From the NCBI GenBank assembly GCA_025999215.1, contig AP024679.1:165645-229644 (forward strand): 64,000 nt of DNA, given 5' to 3'. Source of the DNA: Candidatus Dojkabacteria bacterium (lineage in GTDB: Bacteria > Patescibacteriota > Dojkabacteria > J137). Below, one piece after another: positions 52,663 through 64,000 of this stretch (position 1 is its first letter; every line of letters begins with the position of its first letter). A model generated the notes under the pieces. It was not told the DNA's origin. It made no database searches and saw nothing but the letters and a program-made list of their open reading frames with translations. The translations under genes and the position numbers were made by a program.

Positions 52663-53086
52663 TCACTTTATTTTTCTCCATCTTTTACCTACTTCTATTC
52701 TTGCTAACTCCTTTCGCTAATTTAGCTTGAATCTGAGCAAAATCAATATCTGCTAAATTATCTTGAGTTTTGAGATATTCTTCAGCTCTTTTAATTGCTT
52801 CCATAGCTCTCTCAACATCAATGCTTTCAGCTTTCTCGGCTGTATCTGCAAGGATGTTGATCTTGCTGTCTTTTTCTGACTTCTAAAATACCCCTAGAAA
52901 CAGCAAGGATCTCGTTTTTGTTATCGTTGGTTGTTATTTCGATTGCGCCTGGTTCCAGAATTGCAAACAGTGGTTGATGATCTTCTAGTACTCGTCACAA
53001 CTCCCTAAGGTGGTTGGTATGGTTATGGAAGTAACTTCCATACTTTCAAATACTATGCCTTCAATTGTAACTATTTTAACTTCCAT
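52663..53086 (-). CDS. atpC: ATP synthase F1 epsilon subunit (several frameshifts; absent from the ORF track)
   Basis: MEVKIVTIEG...IPT..G...H.PL...L.PG; SG..LEV; LADTAEKAESIDVERA; follows atpD. Confidence 0.85.
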
Positions 53087-53091
53087 ACTAT

Positions 53092-54519
<1,428 letters not shown>

Positions 54520-54561
54520 TTAAACGACCAATTTTAACATATAATCGCTTAATTAACGAGT

Positions 54562-55311
54562 TTAATCTTTGTATAATTTACCTTTTTTCCAATCAACCTT
54601 TTCCCAGACATTATGAAATAAATCATTTTCAAGCTTTACTTTAAGATTACTTAGCTCTTGGTTTGTAGGATCATTATCAATAAAGTTTACAAAATCAAGT
54701 TCACTTAGTAAACAAAGTGGTGTTTGATTATTCCCTTCGCCCATTACCAAAACAGCACTAGCTGATAGTCCTCCTAAAACATTTTGTCTAATTATAATTT
54801 TTGATTTATTGAAAACATCTCTTTCGGTTTTAAATACAAACGCTCTAAAGCCCGAGTAAGCTATACCAATCCCGATCACTCCCATTTGTAGAGGCATGGA
54901 AGTGCTATCGGTTATGATAACTCCAAAATTTTTTAATTTAAATTTATTTCTTAAAAAATCTCTTATTTGGTTTGTTATTTCTTGTAAATTTGGAGGCCAC
55001 AGCACAAAATATCCATCAGTGTTTGTACTATCTATTCCAGCAGATCCAATTAGTTTTCCATTAACAATGGTAATAGCTGCATTATATTTATTTTGATTTG
55101 GATCAAGGTAGAGTTCTGAATGATCATGCACCAGGTCAACTTTTTTAACACCTTTTTGTCTTTTGATAACTGCTTGATTGGTTAATGAAACAATTTTTGA
55201 AGTTATAGCCAAAATAGAGTTTTCTTGCAAATTATTTACATACTTATCAACCACATCCAAAAGATTATCGTTAATTGTGATTTTGTGAGTTTTTATAGCT
55301 GTAGCTTTCAT
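54562..55311 (-). CDS. CofE-like gamma-glutamyl ligase (coenzyme F420-0:L-glutamate ligase family)
   Basis: ITSKIVS, SAGID.TN, GVIITDS, VMGEG..QTP. Confidence 0.8.
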   Translation of the reverse strand: MKATAIKTHKITINDNLLDVVDKYVNNLQENSILAITSKIVSLTNQAVIKRQKGVKKVDLVHDHSELYLDPNQNKYNAAITIVNGKLIGSAGIDSTNTDGYFVLWPPNLQEITNQIRDFLRNKFKLKNFGVIITDSTSMPLQMGVIGIGIAYSGFRAFVFKTERDVFNKSKIIIRQNVLGGLSASAVLVMGEGNNQTPLCLLSELDFVNFIDNDPTNQELSNLKVKLENDLFHNVWEKVDWKKGKLYKD

Positions 55312-55315
55312 AAAT

Positions 55316-56233
55316 TTAGAGTGCATTGGCGCCTCCAACAATTTCACTAATTTCTTGAGTTATTGAGGCTTGCCTTTGTTTATTGTATTCTAAAGTTAGG
55401 CTTTCTATCATTTCACCGGCAGATTCAGTAGCGTTTTTCATTGCTATCATTCTGCTAGAATGTTCACTCGCTGCGGATTCTAAAATTGCTTGATAGAGCA
55501 TTGTATCTAAAAGCATTGGAATTATGGTTTCTGCAATAGCTTCTCTGTTTGGTTCATATATGTAGTCATCTAAGTCGTAATCTGTAAATTCATCCACTGA
55601 GTTATCTTCATTAGATTTTAGCAATTCATAGTTTTCATTTATTTCTAAAATATTTTTTAGGCTATTTTTGTTGATTGGCAACAGTTGTCTTGCAACAACT
55701 TTTTGGTTAAGCCCCGAAATATAATTGGTAAAAATTACTGTAACTTTGTCAATCTCCCTTTTTAAAAATCTTTCTCTCAAATCATTTGTGATAGGATAGA
55801 CTTCTGTAATTGATGGGTTTTCATGAAGTTTCTCATACAGAGAGTGTAGATGTATGTTTTTTGATTTAGCAAGCTTTGCAGCCTTTCTTCCTAACGCAAT
55901 AATTTCAATATTTTCGTGTTTATGATTTTCTAAAAAAGTAAGAGTCTTTCTTAAAACATTGGAGTTATAACTTCCACACAAACCTCTGTTTGATGTAATC
56001 AAAATTAAAGTATGGTTTTTTACACTACGAGTTTGAGTCAAAGGATGATTAAATTTGGAATGTGATCTTTCTAAGATTTCCATCGCAAGGTTTGCGTATT
56101 CCCTAGTTTTGACAGCTGATTCTACCGCTTTTCTCATCTTTACCGCTGCAATCATTTGCATAGCGTTAGTGATTTTTTTTGTGTTTTTGACAGAATTAAT
56201 TCTTGCTTTGATTGCTTTGGTGTTTAGGGCCAT
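55316..56233 (-). CDS. atpG: ATP synthase F1 gamma subunit
   Basis: KITNAMQM, RGLCGSYN, SEHSSRM.AM..AT, RQASITQEISEI. Confidence 0.96.
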   Translation of the reverse strand: MALNTKAIKARINSVKNTKKITNAMQMIAAVKMRKAVESAVKTREYANLAMEILERSHSKFNHPLTQTRSVKNHTLILITSNRGLCGSYNSNVLRKTLTFLENHKHENIEIIALGRKAAKLAKSKNIHLHSLYEKLHENPSITEVYPITNDLRERFLKREIDKVTVIFTNYISGLNQKVVARQLLPINKNSLKNILEINENYELLKSNEDNSVDEFTDYDLDDYIYEPNREAIAETIIPMLLDTMLYQAILESAASEHSSRMIAMKNATESAGEMIESLTLEYNKQRQASITQEISEIVGGANAL

Positions 56234-56244
56234 ATGAGTTAAAA

Positions 56245-57735
56245 TTAACTTAATGCTTCTTTACAAGCTTGATGTAATTCTTCTATTAATTCATCACTCC
56301 AGTCGCCATTTTTAATTTTTTCTAAAATGTCTTTTTTTACATTACTCATGAATTCAAGCAGGTAATTTTCTTTTTCTGATATTTCCTCAACTTTATACTG
56401 ATCATAATACCCGTTGTTCAGCGCAAATATTGATACAACTTGGTACTCAACAGGTATGGGTTTAAAATTAGGCTGTTTTAAAACTTCTATTAATCTTTGG
56501 CCTCTTTCTATTTTCTTTTTGGTATCCGGATCCAAATCACTTGCAAATTGAGCAAATGCTTCAAGTTCTCGAAACTGAGCAGCGTCAAGTTTTAAGGTTC
56601 CTGCAACTTTTTTCATTGGTTTTATCTGGGCATCACCACCAACTCTTGAAACTGATGACCCTATGTTTATTGCGGGTCTTATACCTTTGTAAAATAAATT
56701 TGTTTCTAAGAAAATTTGCCCATCAGTTATAGAAATTACATTTGTTGGGATGTAAGCACTAATGTCTCCAGCTTGAGTTTCAATTATAGGTAGAGCAGTA
56801 ATGGATCCACCACCATGTTCTTTATTGAGATTACAAGCTCTTTCAAGTAATCTTGAATGCAAGTAAAAAACATCACCAGGATAGGCCTCTCTTCCAGGAG
56901 GTCGCCTCAATAGTAGAGACATTTCTCTGTAAGCAATGGCTTGTTTGGTTAAATCGTCATACACAATTAAAACGTCCTCTCCTTTTTGTGCAAAATACTC
57001 AGCGAGCGTAACCCCAGAATAAGGAGCAAGGTATAGCATTGGCGCTGGTTCACTAGCACCCGCCAAAACCACAGTAGTGTATTCCATAGCTCCAGCTTCC
57101 TCCAGTTTTGATACTAAATTAGCAACTTTAGATTCTTTTTGACCAATGGCAACATAGATACATTTAACATTTTGTCCTTTTTGATTGATTATGGTGTCAA
57201 TCGCAATTGAGGTTTTACCAGTTTGTCTATCACCTAAAATCAATTCTCTTTGTCCTCTTCCTATTGGGATTAGCGCATCTATTGCCTTTATTCCAGTTTG
57301 TAGTGGTGTTCGTACAGGCTCTCTTGTAATTACACCTGGTGCAATTTTATCAATAGGCTCTACTGAATCATGATTAATAGGACCTTTGCCATCTATGGGC
57401 TCACCTAGTGCATTGATTACTCGACCAATCATCTCATCACCAACAGGGATGCTCATAATTTTCTGAGTTCTTTTAACAATATCCCCTTGTTTTATTTTTG
57501 TAAAATCTCCCAATACTATTGCGCCTACAACATCTTCTTCTAAGTTTAGAGCTATTCCTTTTATAGAGTTTTCAAATTCCAACATCTCTTGAGACTGAAC
57601 TTTTGAAAGTCCAATTATTGAAGCGATACCATCTTTTATTTCAATTACTTGTCCTATCTCGTTTTGATCAACTTTTGAATTTTTGAATTTTTTAATTTGT
57701 TCATCAATTGGCTTTATTAAATCTTTTTCTTTCAT
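56245..57735 (-). CDS. atpA: ATP synthase F1 alpha subunit
   Basis: [29 protein letters not shown]. Confidence 0.97.
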   Translation of the reverse strand: MKEKDLIKPIDEQIKKFKNSKVDQNEIGQVIEIKDGIASIIGLSKVQSQEMLEFENSIKGIALNLEEDVVGAIVLGDFTKIKQGDIVKRTQKIMSIPVGDEMIGRVINALGEPIDGKGPINHDSVEPIDKIAPGVITREPVRTPLQTGIKAIDALIPIGRGQRELILGDRQTGKTSIAIDTIINQKGQNVKCIYVAIGQKESKVANLVSKLEEAGAMEYTTVVLAGASEPAPMLYLAPYSGVTLAEYFAQKGEDVLIVYDDLTKQAIAYREMSLLLRRPPGREAYPGDVFYLHSRLLERACNLNKEHGGGSITALPIIETQAGDISAYIPTNVISITDGQIFLETNLFYKGIRPAINIGSSVSRVGGDAQIKPMKKVAGTLKLDAAQFRELEAFAQFASDLDPDTKKKIERGQRLIEVLKQPNFKPIPVEYQVVSIFALNNGYYDQYKVEEISEKENYLLEFMSNVKKDILEKIKNGDWSDELIEELHQACKEALS

Positions 57736-58013
57736 GATACTTTTAATGACTCAAATAACATTTTTTTTAAATTTTGTAGTTGTGATTTTACTGATCCATC
57801 ATAAACATCGCTTCCTCTTCGAACAATTATGCCACCTATAACATTTTTATCAACTTTTATAGTTAGTGTTGATTTGTCTAACTTAAAAATTTTCACCAAA
57901 TTTTCAACAACTTCATCATCAAGCTTGTAAGCAGATACAATCTCGGCAGACTTAACTAGCTTTTCATTTTTAATTTTTAGTACTTTTCTTTTTGTTAATT
58001 GTTTATTTTTCAT
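57732..58013 (-). CDS. atpH: ATP synthase delta subunit, C-terminal domain only
   Basis: SA..L, VD..VIGGIIV..G..VYDGSV..QL; position between atpF and atpA. Confidence 0.8.
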   Translation of the reverse strand: MKNKQLTKRKVLKIKNEKLVKSAEIVSAYKLDDEVVENLVKIFKLDKSTLTIKVDKNVIGGIIVRRGSDVYDGSVKSQLQNLKKMLFESLKVS

Positions 58014-58521
58014 TTTCTAGCTTTAAATTTTTTAAAAAATTATCAATAATTTTTTTATCTTCTTTTCTGTCAATTTCATGCTCCAAAATTTTTTCTGCTG
58101 CTTCAATAGATACTTCTGCTATTAGTTGTTGAAGTTTTGCAAGCATTTCTTGTCGCTCTTGTTCGATCTGTTCTTTGGCTTTTGTAAGTATTTTTTCGCT
58201 CTCTTTTTGAGCATTAGAGATTATTTCTTGAGCGGTTTCTTCTGCTGTTTGTTTTGCTTGTGAAATTATTTCATTAGCTTTTAGATCAGCTTCTTTAATA
58301 ATCTCATCAGATTTTTGTTTTGCATTGGCAAGCTCTACTTCAAGTCTTTCTGCGTTTTCAAGGCTTTCGGCTATTTTTTTCTGTTTGTGCTCAACAGCTC
58401 TAGATATTTTTGATATAAGAAACTTGTTGAGCAAGAAAAAAAACAACAGAAAATTTATTGCGTTAATTATTGCAAGCCTTACATCAAAACCTAATTTTGA
58501 AAAAATCTCTTGAAAATCCAT
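58003..58521 (-). CDS. atpF: ATP synthase F0 b subunit
   Basis: INF TM helix plus coiled coil; AAEKIL. Confidence 0.9.
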   Translation of the reverse strand: MDFQEIFSKLGFDVRLAIINAINFLLFFFLLNKFLISKISRAVEHKQKKIAESLENAERLEVELANAKQKSDEIIKEADLKANEIISQAKQTAEETAQEIISNAQKESEKILTKAKEQIEQERQEMLAKLQQLIAEVSIEAAEKILEHEIDRKEDKKIIDNFLKNLKLENEK

Positions 58522-58527
58522 GATTTA

Positions 58528-58743
58528 CTAAAGAGTAAAAAATGCTACAAGAGCGTAAATTGCTGTAGATTCAACCAAAGCTACAGAAATAATTACTTTT
58601 GGAAACAATGTTTCCTCTAGCTTAGGGTTTCGCCCAATTGCCTGAAAAGCAGCTCTAATTAACCATGCTTCAGCTGCTGCAGTAGGAAGCATGGTAAGTA
58701 TAATTACTGCCTTGGCAATGATGGTAATTACATCAACGTCCAT
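58528..58743 (-). CDS. atpE: ATP synthase F0 c subunit
   Basis: Helical hairpin, RNP loop, ESTAIY. Confidence 0.92.
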   Translation of the reverse strand: MDVDVITIIAKAVIILTMLPTAAAEAWLIRAAFQAIGRNPKLEETLFPKVIISVALVESTAIYALVAFFTL

Positions 58744-58767
58744 AAATTAAAAATATAAAAAATAAAA

Positions 58768-59550
58768 TCACTCTTTAAGCGCAGAACCAAAGTATGAAGC
58801 AACAAGCGCTCCAAAAACGATGGCCTGCAGTATTCCTGTAAAAATACCGTAAAGGTTCAAGAATACAGGTAGTATTATAGCAAAAAAACTTACTAAAAGT
58901 CTCATTAAAATATCGCCAGCGAACATATTTCCAAATAACCTTAATGAAAGAGATAGTATTCTTGCGATTTCTGAAACGATGTCAAGAAAGCCTAAAAGAA
59001 TCTCTACAAAAGACATTAATCCTTCAACAAAGCCTTTCCTGAAACCATCAACAACAGCTTTAATTCTAAAATATTTGTTAAAGTGTCCCCACAAGCTAAA
59101 TTTAGAAATACTTAAAAATTGTGTCCACAAAACAGCCACTGTTGCGAGCGCTAGAGTGGTGTTGAGCGTAGTTACATTGGTGATAAATATAGGTTCACCT
59201 TCATAAGTAATAGATGAAAGCCCTGGAATTATCAATATTGCGTTTGAAATAGCAATAAACGCCATAATGGACATAATTGTGCCCTTTGTTTTTTGAGCTA
59301 TTGTTTTGTCTCCTGAAATTTTTTCTATTAAATCGTAAGCATACAAATATATACTTTCTAATACTATTTGAGTTTTGGAGGGTACACCGTTTACTTTTAT
59401 CTTTCTACTAATTAATAAGCAAAAAATACCAACCAAAATTGTTACCAAAAAACTTGTTAAAACATCACTTGATATAGGTATTCCGAAAAATTCCCCCAGA
59501 ATATGATCACTTAGTTTTATTTCTCCAAAATCAACTCTAAACCAATCCAT
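58768..59550 (-). CDS. atpB: ATP synthase F0 a subunit
   Basis: SLSLRLFGNMFAG, LQAIVF..L. Confidence 0.94.
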   Translation of the reverse strand: MDWFRVDFGEIKLSDHILGEFFGIPISSDVLTSFLVTILVGIFCLLISRKIKVNGVPSKTQIVLESIYLYAYDLIEKISGDKTIAQKTKGTIMSIMAFIAISNAILIIPGLSSITYEGEPIFITNVTTLNTTLALATVAVLWTQFLSISKFSLWGHFNKYFRIKAVVDGFRKGFVEGLMSFVEILLGFLDIVSEIARILSLSLRLFGNMFAGDILMRLLVSFFAIILPVFLNLYGIFTGILQAIVFGALVASYFGSALKE

Positions 59551-59577
59551 TTGTTTTCGTTGCTTATAACGTAAAAA

Positions 59578-59799
59578 TTAATTTTTGGTGGGGTTAGGTT
59601 GCCTTAAGTAAAGATAGTATATCAAAACCCAAGTTAAAATGTAAAAAAAACCTAGACTTATTAATGATCCTATTGGTGCTATATCAAATATTGTATCTAT
59701 CACCTTTCCTGCTAAAGTTCCGATCAGAGCAGGAATAATAATAATCAAACTTACTTTAATAAATAAAGTGTAAGGTGATTTTTCATTTAATTTTCTCAT
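59578..59799 (-). CDS. AtpZ/AtpI-family membrane protein
   Basis: Two TM helices with G..ID; first gene of the atp operon. Confidence 0.75.
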   Translation of the reverse strand: MRKLNEKSPYTLFIKVSLIIIIPALIGTLAGKVIDTIFDIAPIGSLISLGFFYILTWVLIYYLYLRQPNPTKN

Positions 59800-59928
59800 A
59801 ATTCTTACCCAACCACCGAATTATATCACTATGAGTTAAATTTGCAACAAATTTTATTGATAATGTTATTTTTTCTGATTTTGTAAAAGTGGTATACTGA
59901 TAGCGAATTTAAATTTTAAACTTAATTT

Positions 59929-61191
59929 ATGAAAATCAAATCAATTAATGCTTACGAAATAATTGCTTCCGGAGGATATCCTTCAATCGAGTGTAGAGTG
60001 GAATTAGCTGATGGTTCTGTGGGAATTGCATCAGTGCCTTATGGAGCATCTGCTGGAAGTCACGAGGCTACAGTTTTACTGGATGGGGATAAATCAAGGT
60101 TTAATGGTAAGGGAATGTTAAAAGCGGTACAAAATATAAACGAAATTATTGCCCCAAAGCTAGTTGGACTTGAAGCAGATAATCAAAAAAACATAGATCA
60201 AATAATGATTGACTTGGATGGAACAGAAAACAAATCAAATTTAGGTGGTAACTCAATTTTAGCGGTTTCGTTGGCAGTTGCGCGAGCGCAGTCTGCGTCC
60301 AAAAAAGTTGATCTTTTTGAACATATAATTGAAACATTTGAAATTAAAAATGATCTAAAAGAATTACCATCTCCAATGGTTGTGGTGATTGAGGGAGGAA
60401 AACATGCTCATAATTCAACGGATTTGCAAGAATTTTGCATGAGTGCAGTATCAAACCATTCGAAGTTTGACCAATTAAGAAGCATTTTAGAATCGTACCA
60501 TGCGCTCAAAAAAGTTTTGGAGGAGAATAAATTATCTACCAATGTGGGAAATGAAGGAGCTTTTGCGCCAGAGGGAATTGATTCTAATGAAGCACCTTTC
60601 AGTTTTATGATGGAAGCTATTGGAAGAGCCGGGTATGTTCCCGGAAAAGACATTTCTTTTTCAATTGATGCTGCTGCAAGCGAATTTTATAAAAGCGGTA
60701 AATATATATTAAATTTAGAAGAAAAAACATTAAACTCGAATGAACTGATTAAGGTTTACTCTGGCTGGTTAGATAAATATCCGATAGTAAGCCTGGAGGA
60801 TGGTCTAAATGAAGATGATTGGGATAATTGGGTAGAGTTAAATAAAATTTGCAAAGAAAGGGGTGTTTTAAATATTGGTGATGATTTAACAGTTACAAAT
60901 CAACAACGGCTTCAAAAAGCAATCGATATTAATGCCATTAATTCAATTTTGATTAAACTTAACCAAATTGGATCACTCACGGAGACAGTAGAAACATGTT
61001 TACTTGCCAAGAAACATGGTTTTGCAACAATTCCATCACACCGCGGAGGTGGCGAGACAAATGACACATCTATGATTGATCTAGCTGTAGCGGTTGGATC
61101 AAAGTTTATCAAAGTCGGCCCAACCAGAGGAGAGCGAGTTGCAAAGTACAATAGGCTTTTTGAAATTGAAAGGAAACTGGGATTAAATTAA
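59929..61191 (+). CDS. eno: Enolase
   Basis: VPYGASAGSHEA, VGNEG.FAP, EDG, GDDL, LIKLNQIGSLTE, SHR.GET, RGERVAKYNRL. Confidence 0.95.
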   Translation: MKIKSINAYEIIASGGYPSIECRVELADGSVGIASVPYGASAGSHEATVLLDGDKSRFNGKGMLKAVQNINEIIAPKLVGLEADNQKNIDQIMIDLDGTENKSNLGGNSILAVSLAVARAQSASKKVDLFEHIIETFEIKNDLKELPSPMVVVIEGGKHAHNSTDLQEFCMSAVSNHSKFDQLRSILESYHALKKVLEENKLSTNVGNEGAFAPEGIDSNEAPFSFMMEAIGRAGYVPGKDISFSIDAAASEFYKSGKYILNLEEKTLNSNELIKVYSGWLDKYPIVSLEDGLNEDDWDNWVELNKICKERGVLNIGDDLTVTNQQRLQKAIDINAINSILIKLNQIGSLTETVETCLLAKKHGFATIPSHRGGGETNDTSMIDLAVAVGSKFIKVGPTRGERVAKYNRLFEIERKLGLN

Positions 61192-62685
61192 ACTTTCCCC
61201 AGTCATTTCTTTAGGCTTTGGTAATCCCATCAAATCAAGTACGGTAGGCGCTATATCTTCTAGTGTTTCGCGAACCTTTAGGCGATGACTTTTAAATTTT
61301 TCGCTCACTAGTATGAATGGAACTTTATTGGTGGTGTGTTGAGTGTGGGGTTGGTTGTTTTCATAATCCCACATTTCCTCAGCATTTCCATGATCTGCTG
61401 TAACGATTAGTGAGTAGTCTCCTAGTTTGTTTTTAATTGATTCATAAATTTTACCAATAGCATAATCTACAGACTCAGTAGCGATAACTGCAGCATTGTA
61501 ATTGCCTGTATGCCCAACCATATCGCAGTTAGGGTAATTCACAACTAAAAAATCATACTTATCTTGTTCAATTGCATTTATCACCTCAGATGTGATTTCT
61601 GTAACTCTCATGCTAGGTTCAAAATTATAAAAAGGTTTTACAAATCTATTTGATTGAATAAGCTTCCATGTTTCGTTTGAAAATTCTTTTTCTCTTCCTC
61701 CATTAAAAAAGTATGTCAAATGTGAAAATTTCTCAGTCTCTGTGATGTGCAATTGCTTTTTTTCGTATTTGGCAAGAGTTTCTGAGAGAGTATTATTAAT
61801 TTCTTCTCTTGGAAAAGCCTCTGCTATATCGAATTCATTAGATGCGGATATAAACCCAGTAATTTTAAGATTTTTAATTTTTTCGTTTAAAAGAGATTGC
61901 TGAAGTTGAAAAATTCTATCACTTCTGTAGTGCATTGTTATGACCGAATCGTTTTCGGACACTAACCCCTCTAGATCAATCAAAAACTGTCCGAAAAACT
62001 CGTCAGTAATATTTTGATTGTAGCTAAAGTTTAGAGCGCTTTGATAGTCGTTTACTTTCATTCCTTTACCTTTGGTAATTAAATCTATTGCCTTTTGAGT
62101 TTTTTCCCAATCCCTATCTCTATCTAGATAAAATCGGCCTTGAATCGTTGCTATTTTGTAAGGTGTCCCTTTAAGGTAGTCAGATAATTGTTCAAAATAG
62201 CTTTGCGCAGACTTTGGAGGCACGTCTCGACCATCAGTAAATGCATGTATGAATAATTTTTGTACTTTTTGCTGTGTTGCCAAGTTAATCATAGCCTCAA
62301 AATGTGAAATCATTGAGTGTACGCCTCCATCACTAATTATCCCTATTAAGTGAAGTTTACTTTTATTTTTGACTGCGTGGCTACAAGCTTCAATGAGTGC
62401 AGGGTTTTTAAAAAACGCGCCTGTCCTGATTGCTTCATTAATTCGAGGAAGATCTTGCAAAATAACTCTTCCAGCCCCAATTACTTGATGGTTAACTTCT
62501 GAAGTTCCAAATTGACCATCAGGCAAACCAACAGCCATACCATCACTTTTCAATTGGACATTGGGATACTCACGAATAAGCCTGTCTAAATTTGGTGTTT
62601 TTGCATTGAGTACGGCATTGTAAGGAGTTTCTTCTCCAATGCCAAAGCCATCCATAATTACCAGTACAACTTTATTTTTTATCAT
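61183..62685 (-). CDS. gpmI: 2,3-BPG-independent phosphoglycerate mutase
   Basis: MDGFG, VGLPDGQFGTSEV.H, SDGGVHS, DGRD, ETEK, DMVGHTG, TADHGNAE. Confidence 0.95.
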   Translation of the reverse strand: MIKNKVVLVIMDGFGIGEETPYNAVLNAKTPNLDRLIREYPNVQLKSDGMAVGLPDGQFGTSEVNHQVIGAGRVILQDLPRINEAIRTGAFFKNPALIEACSHAVKNKSKLHLIGIISDGGVHSMISHFEAMINLATQQKVQKLFIHAFTDGRDVPPKSAQSYFEQLSDYLKGTPYKIATIQGRFYLDRDRDWEKTQKAIDLITKGKGMKVNDYQSALNFSYNQNITDEFFGQFLIDLEGLVSENDSVITMHYRSDRIFQLQQSLLNEKIKNLKITGFISASNEFDIAEAFPREEINNTLSETLAKYEKKQLHITETEKFSHLTYFFNGGREKEFSNETWKLIQSNRFVKPFYNFEPSMRVTEITSEVINAIEQDKYDFLVVNYPNCDMVGHTGNYNAAVIATESVDYAIGKIYESIKNKLGDYSLIVTADHGNAEEMWDYENNQPHTQHTTNKVPFILVSEKFKSHRLKVRETLEDIAPTVLDLMGLPKPKEMTGESLI

Positions 62686-62689
62686 GTTT

Positions 62690-64000
62690 TTAAATTTCAA
62701 TTATTTCAAAAACATTAGGGAAAAAATCTTGTGAATCAATTGGAGTTTTACCTAGTAGCAAGATTTTTTCACCTTTTTGAGCAATGTTATATTTTTGAAT
62801 CATTTCAGTTATTAATTTTACAGCGTTATCTCTGTTTTTGGGATCTGGACCCAATCCTTCAAAAACAAAAGCATCAACTATACCTCTACTTAACATTGCA
62901 GTCCTCATGTACCATTCGTTACTTGTAAATAAATATATCGGCTGTCTAATCATGTGTCTTGCAAGCATTCTGGCTGTTGTTCCGGTTTTTGAAACCACAA
63001 CAACCTTGGCTATATCATTTTCCAAGTTTATACATAATTCAGCGGCAGATCGTGTGATTGCGTTTGCTGTTGGAGTAGCATGCCCATCAAGTTCTATGAT
63101 TGTAGGTTCATCTTGCTCTTCAGCAACGAGTGATGCTTTGGTTAAAAACTTTACAGCTTCAACAGGATATTTGCCTGCGCTAGATTCTCCCGATAGCATA
63201 ACGGCGTCTGTTCCTAGCATGACTGCTGTCGCAACATCTCCAGCTTCTGCTCTGGTTGGGCGGGGTTTTTCGGTCATGCTTTCAAGCATTTGGGTTGCTG
63301 TGATTACAGGTTTGCCGGCAATATTACATAAAAAGTTTAATTCTCTTTGAACTATTGCTACTTGCTCTAATCCGAGTTCTACTCCTAAACCTCCTCTTGC
63401 TATCATAATTCCATCTACAATTTCTAAAATTTCGGAGGCATTTTGCACACCTTCTTCGTTTTCTATTTTTGCAATAATTTTCATGGGCGCATCTCCTATG
63501 AATTCTTTGATGTAGAGCGCTGACTGTTTATTGTTCATAAAAGATGCTGAAACAAAATCCCATCCAGTGTTAATTGCATGTCTTAAGTTGATTTTATCTT
63601 TTTCAGTTAAAACTTCGTCCGAATAATCAACACCTGGCAAATTGAAAGCTTTGCCTGGTTTTAAAACTTCTCCGTATTCCACTCTACAAATCATTTTGTC
63701 TCCTTTAATCTCCTCAATTACCATAGCAACATCACCATCCCCAATTATTGCTCTTTGACCAGGTTTTACAAATTTATAGATATCTTTGTAATTTGCTGGA
63801 TAAATTTCAGAATTTTCATCGTTTCCAATTTCAATTATTTGACCAACAGTCAAATCAATTGGATTTGCAAATTTATTTAGCCTAATTTCTGGTCCCTTCA
63901 CATCTACCATTAGTGACACTTTATTGCTAACGCTTCGCACCAGGTTTGCAACCTTATCAAGCTCATCAGGGTTAGCAAACGCTCCATTGACTCGTGCGCA
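62690..64000 (-). CDS. pyk: Pyruvate kinase (start lies beyond the window)
   Basis: DVKGPEIR, AKIEN, DGIMIARG, ITATQMLESM, PTRAE, DAVMLSGE. Confidence 0.95.
   Translation of the reverse strand, partial: CARVNGAFANPDELDKVANLVRSVSNKVSLMVDVKGPEIRLNKFANPIDLTVGQIIEIGNDENSEIYPANYKDIYKFVKPGQRAIIGDGDVAMVIEEIKGDKMICRVEYGEVLKPGKAFNLPGVDYSDEVLTEKDKINLRHAINTGWDFVSASFMNNKQSALYIKEFIGDAPMKIIAKIENEEGVQNASEILEIVDGIMIARGGLGVELGLEQVAIVQRELNFLCNIAGKPVITATQMLESMTEKPRPTRAEAGDVATAVMLGTDAVMLSGESSAGKYPVEAVKFLTKASLVAEEQDEPTIIELDGHATPTANAITRSAAELCINLENDIAKVVVVSKTGTTARMLARHMIRQPIYLFTSNEWYMRTAMLSRGIVDAFVFEGLGPDPKNRDNAVKLITEMIQKYNIAQKGEKILLLGKTPIDSQDFFPNVFEIIEI

Noticed and set aside
33780..53086. Programmed frameshifting or stop-codon reassignment explaining split genes
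   Set aside because: Breaks are frame changes with no shared slippery motif, not in-frame stops; TAA, TAG and TGA all end intact genes normally.

Overview
AT-rich bacterial chromosome segment spanning the replication origin. Gene content and style (F-type ATPase, glycolysis, cupin-type PGI, PilN/PilO, many orphans, little Shine-Dalgarno signal) suggest a Patescibacteria/CPR genome; this is inference only. Most of the window is housekeeping: dnaA, dnaN, holA, ftsK, dnaJ, murE, argS, pcrA, trmD, atp operon, eno, gpmI, pyk, tsaD, rsmI, comM. Several genes between about 28 and 53 kb are broken by single-base indels, probably from sequencing or assembly error. The standout is a tandem pair of ~3-kb modules at 12.0-18.3 kb. 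A 1661-bp core (FecR-type anti-sigma N-terminal part with Pro/Gln linker, ECF sigma, tRNA-Pro) is almost perfectly duplicated (3 substitutions seen by eye). Its arms differ: unrelated extracellular C-terminal domains on the anti-sigma side and strongly diverged paralogous orphans on the tRNA side. The FecR segment also has extreme purine-biased codon usage. Other notable items: a cobalamin riboswitch over an orphan Zn-ribbon protein, dnaA inverted relative to oriC-dnaN, widespread leaderless-type promoters, a predicted Na+-type c-ring, tRNA-Arg(GCG), a MurE-ASCH fusion and a probable degenerate ApbE. All calls are by-eye motif recognition; no searches were run.
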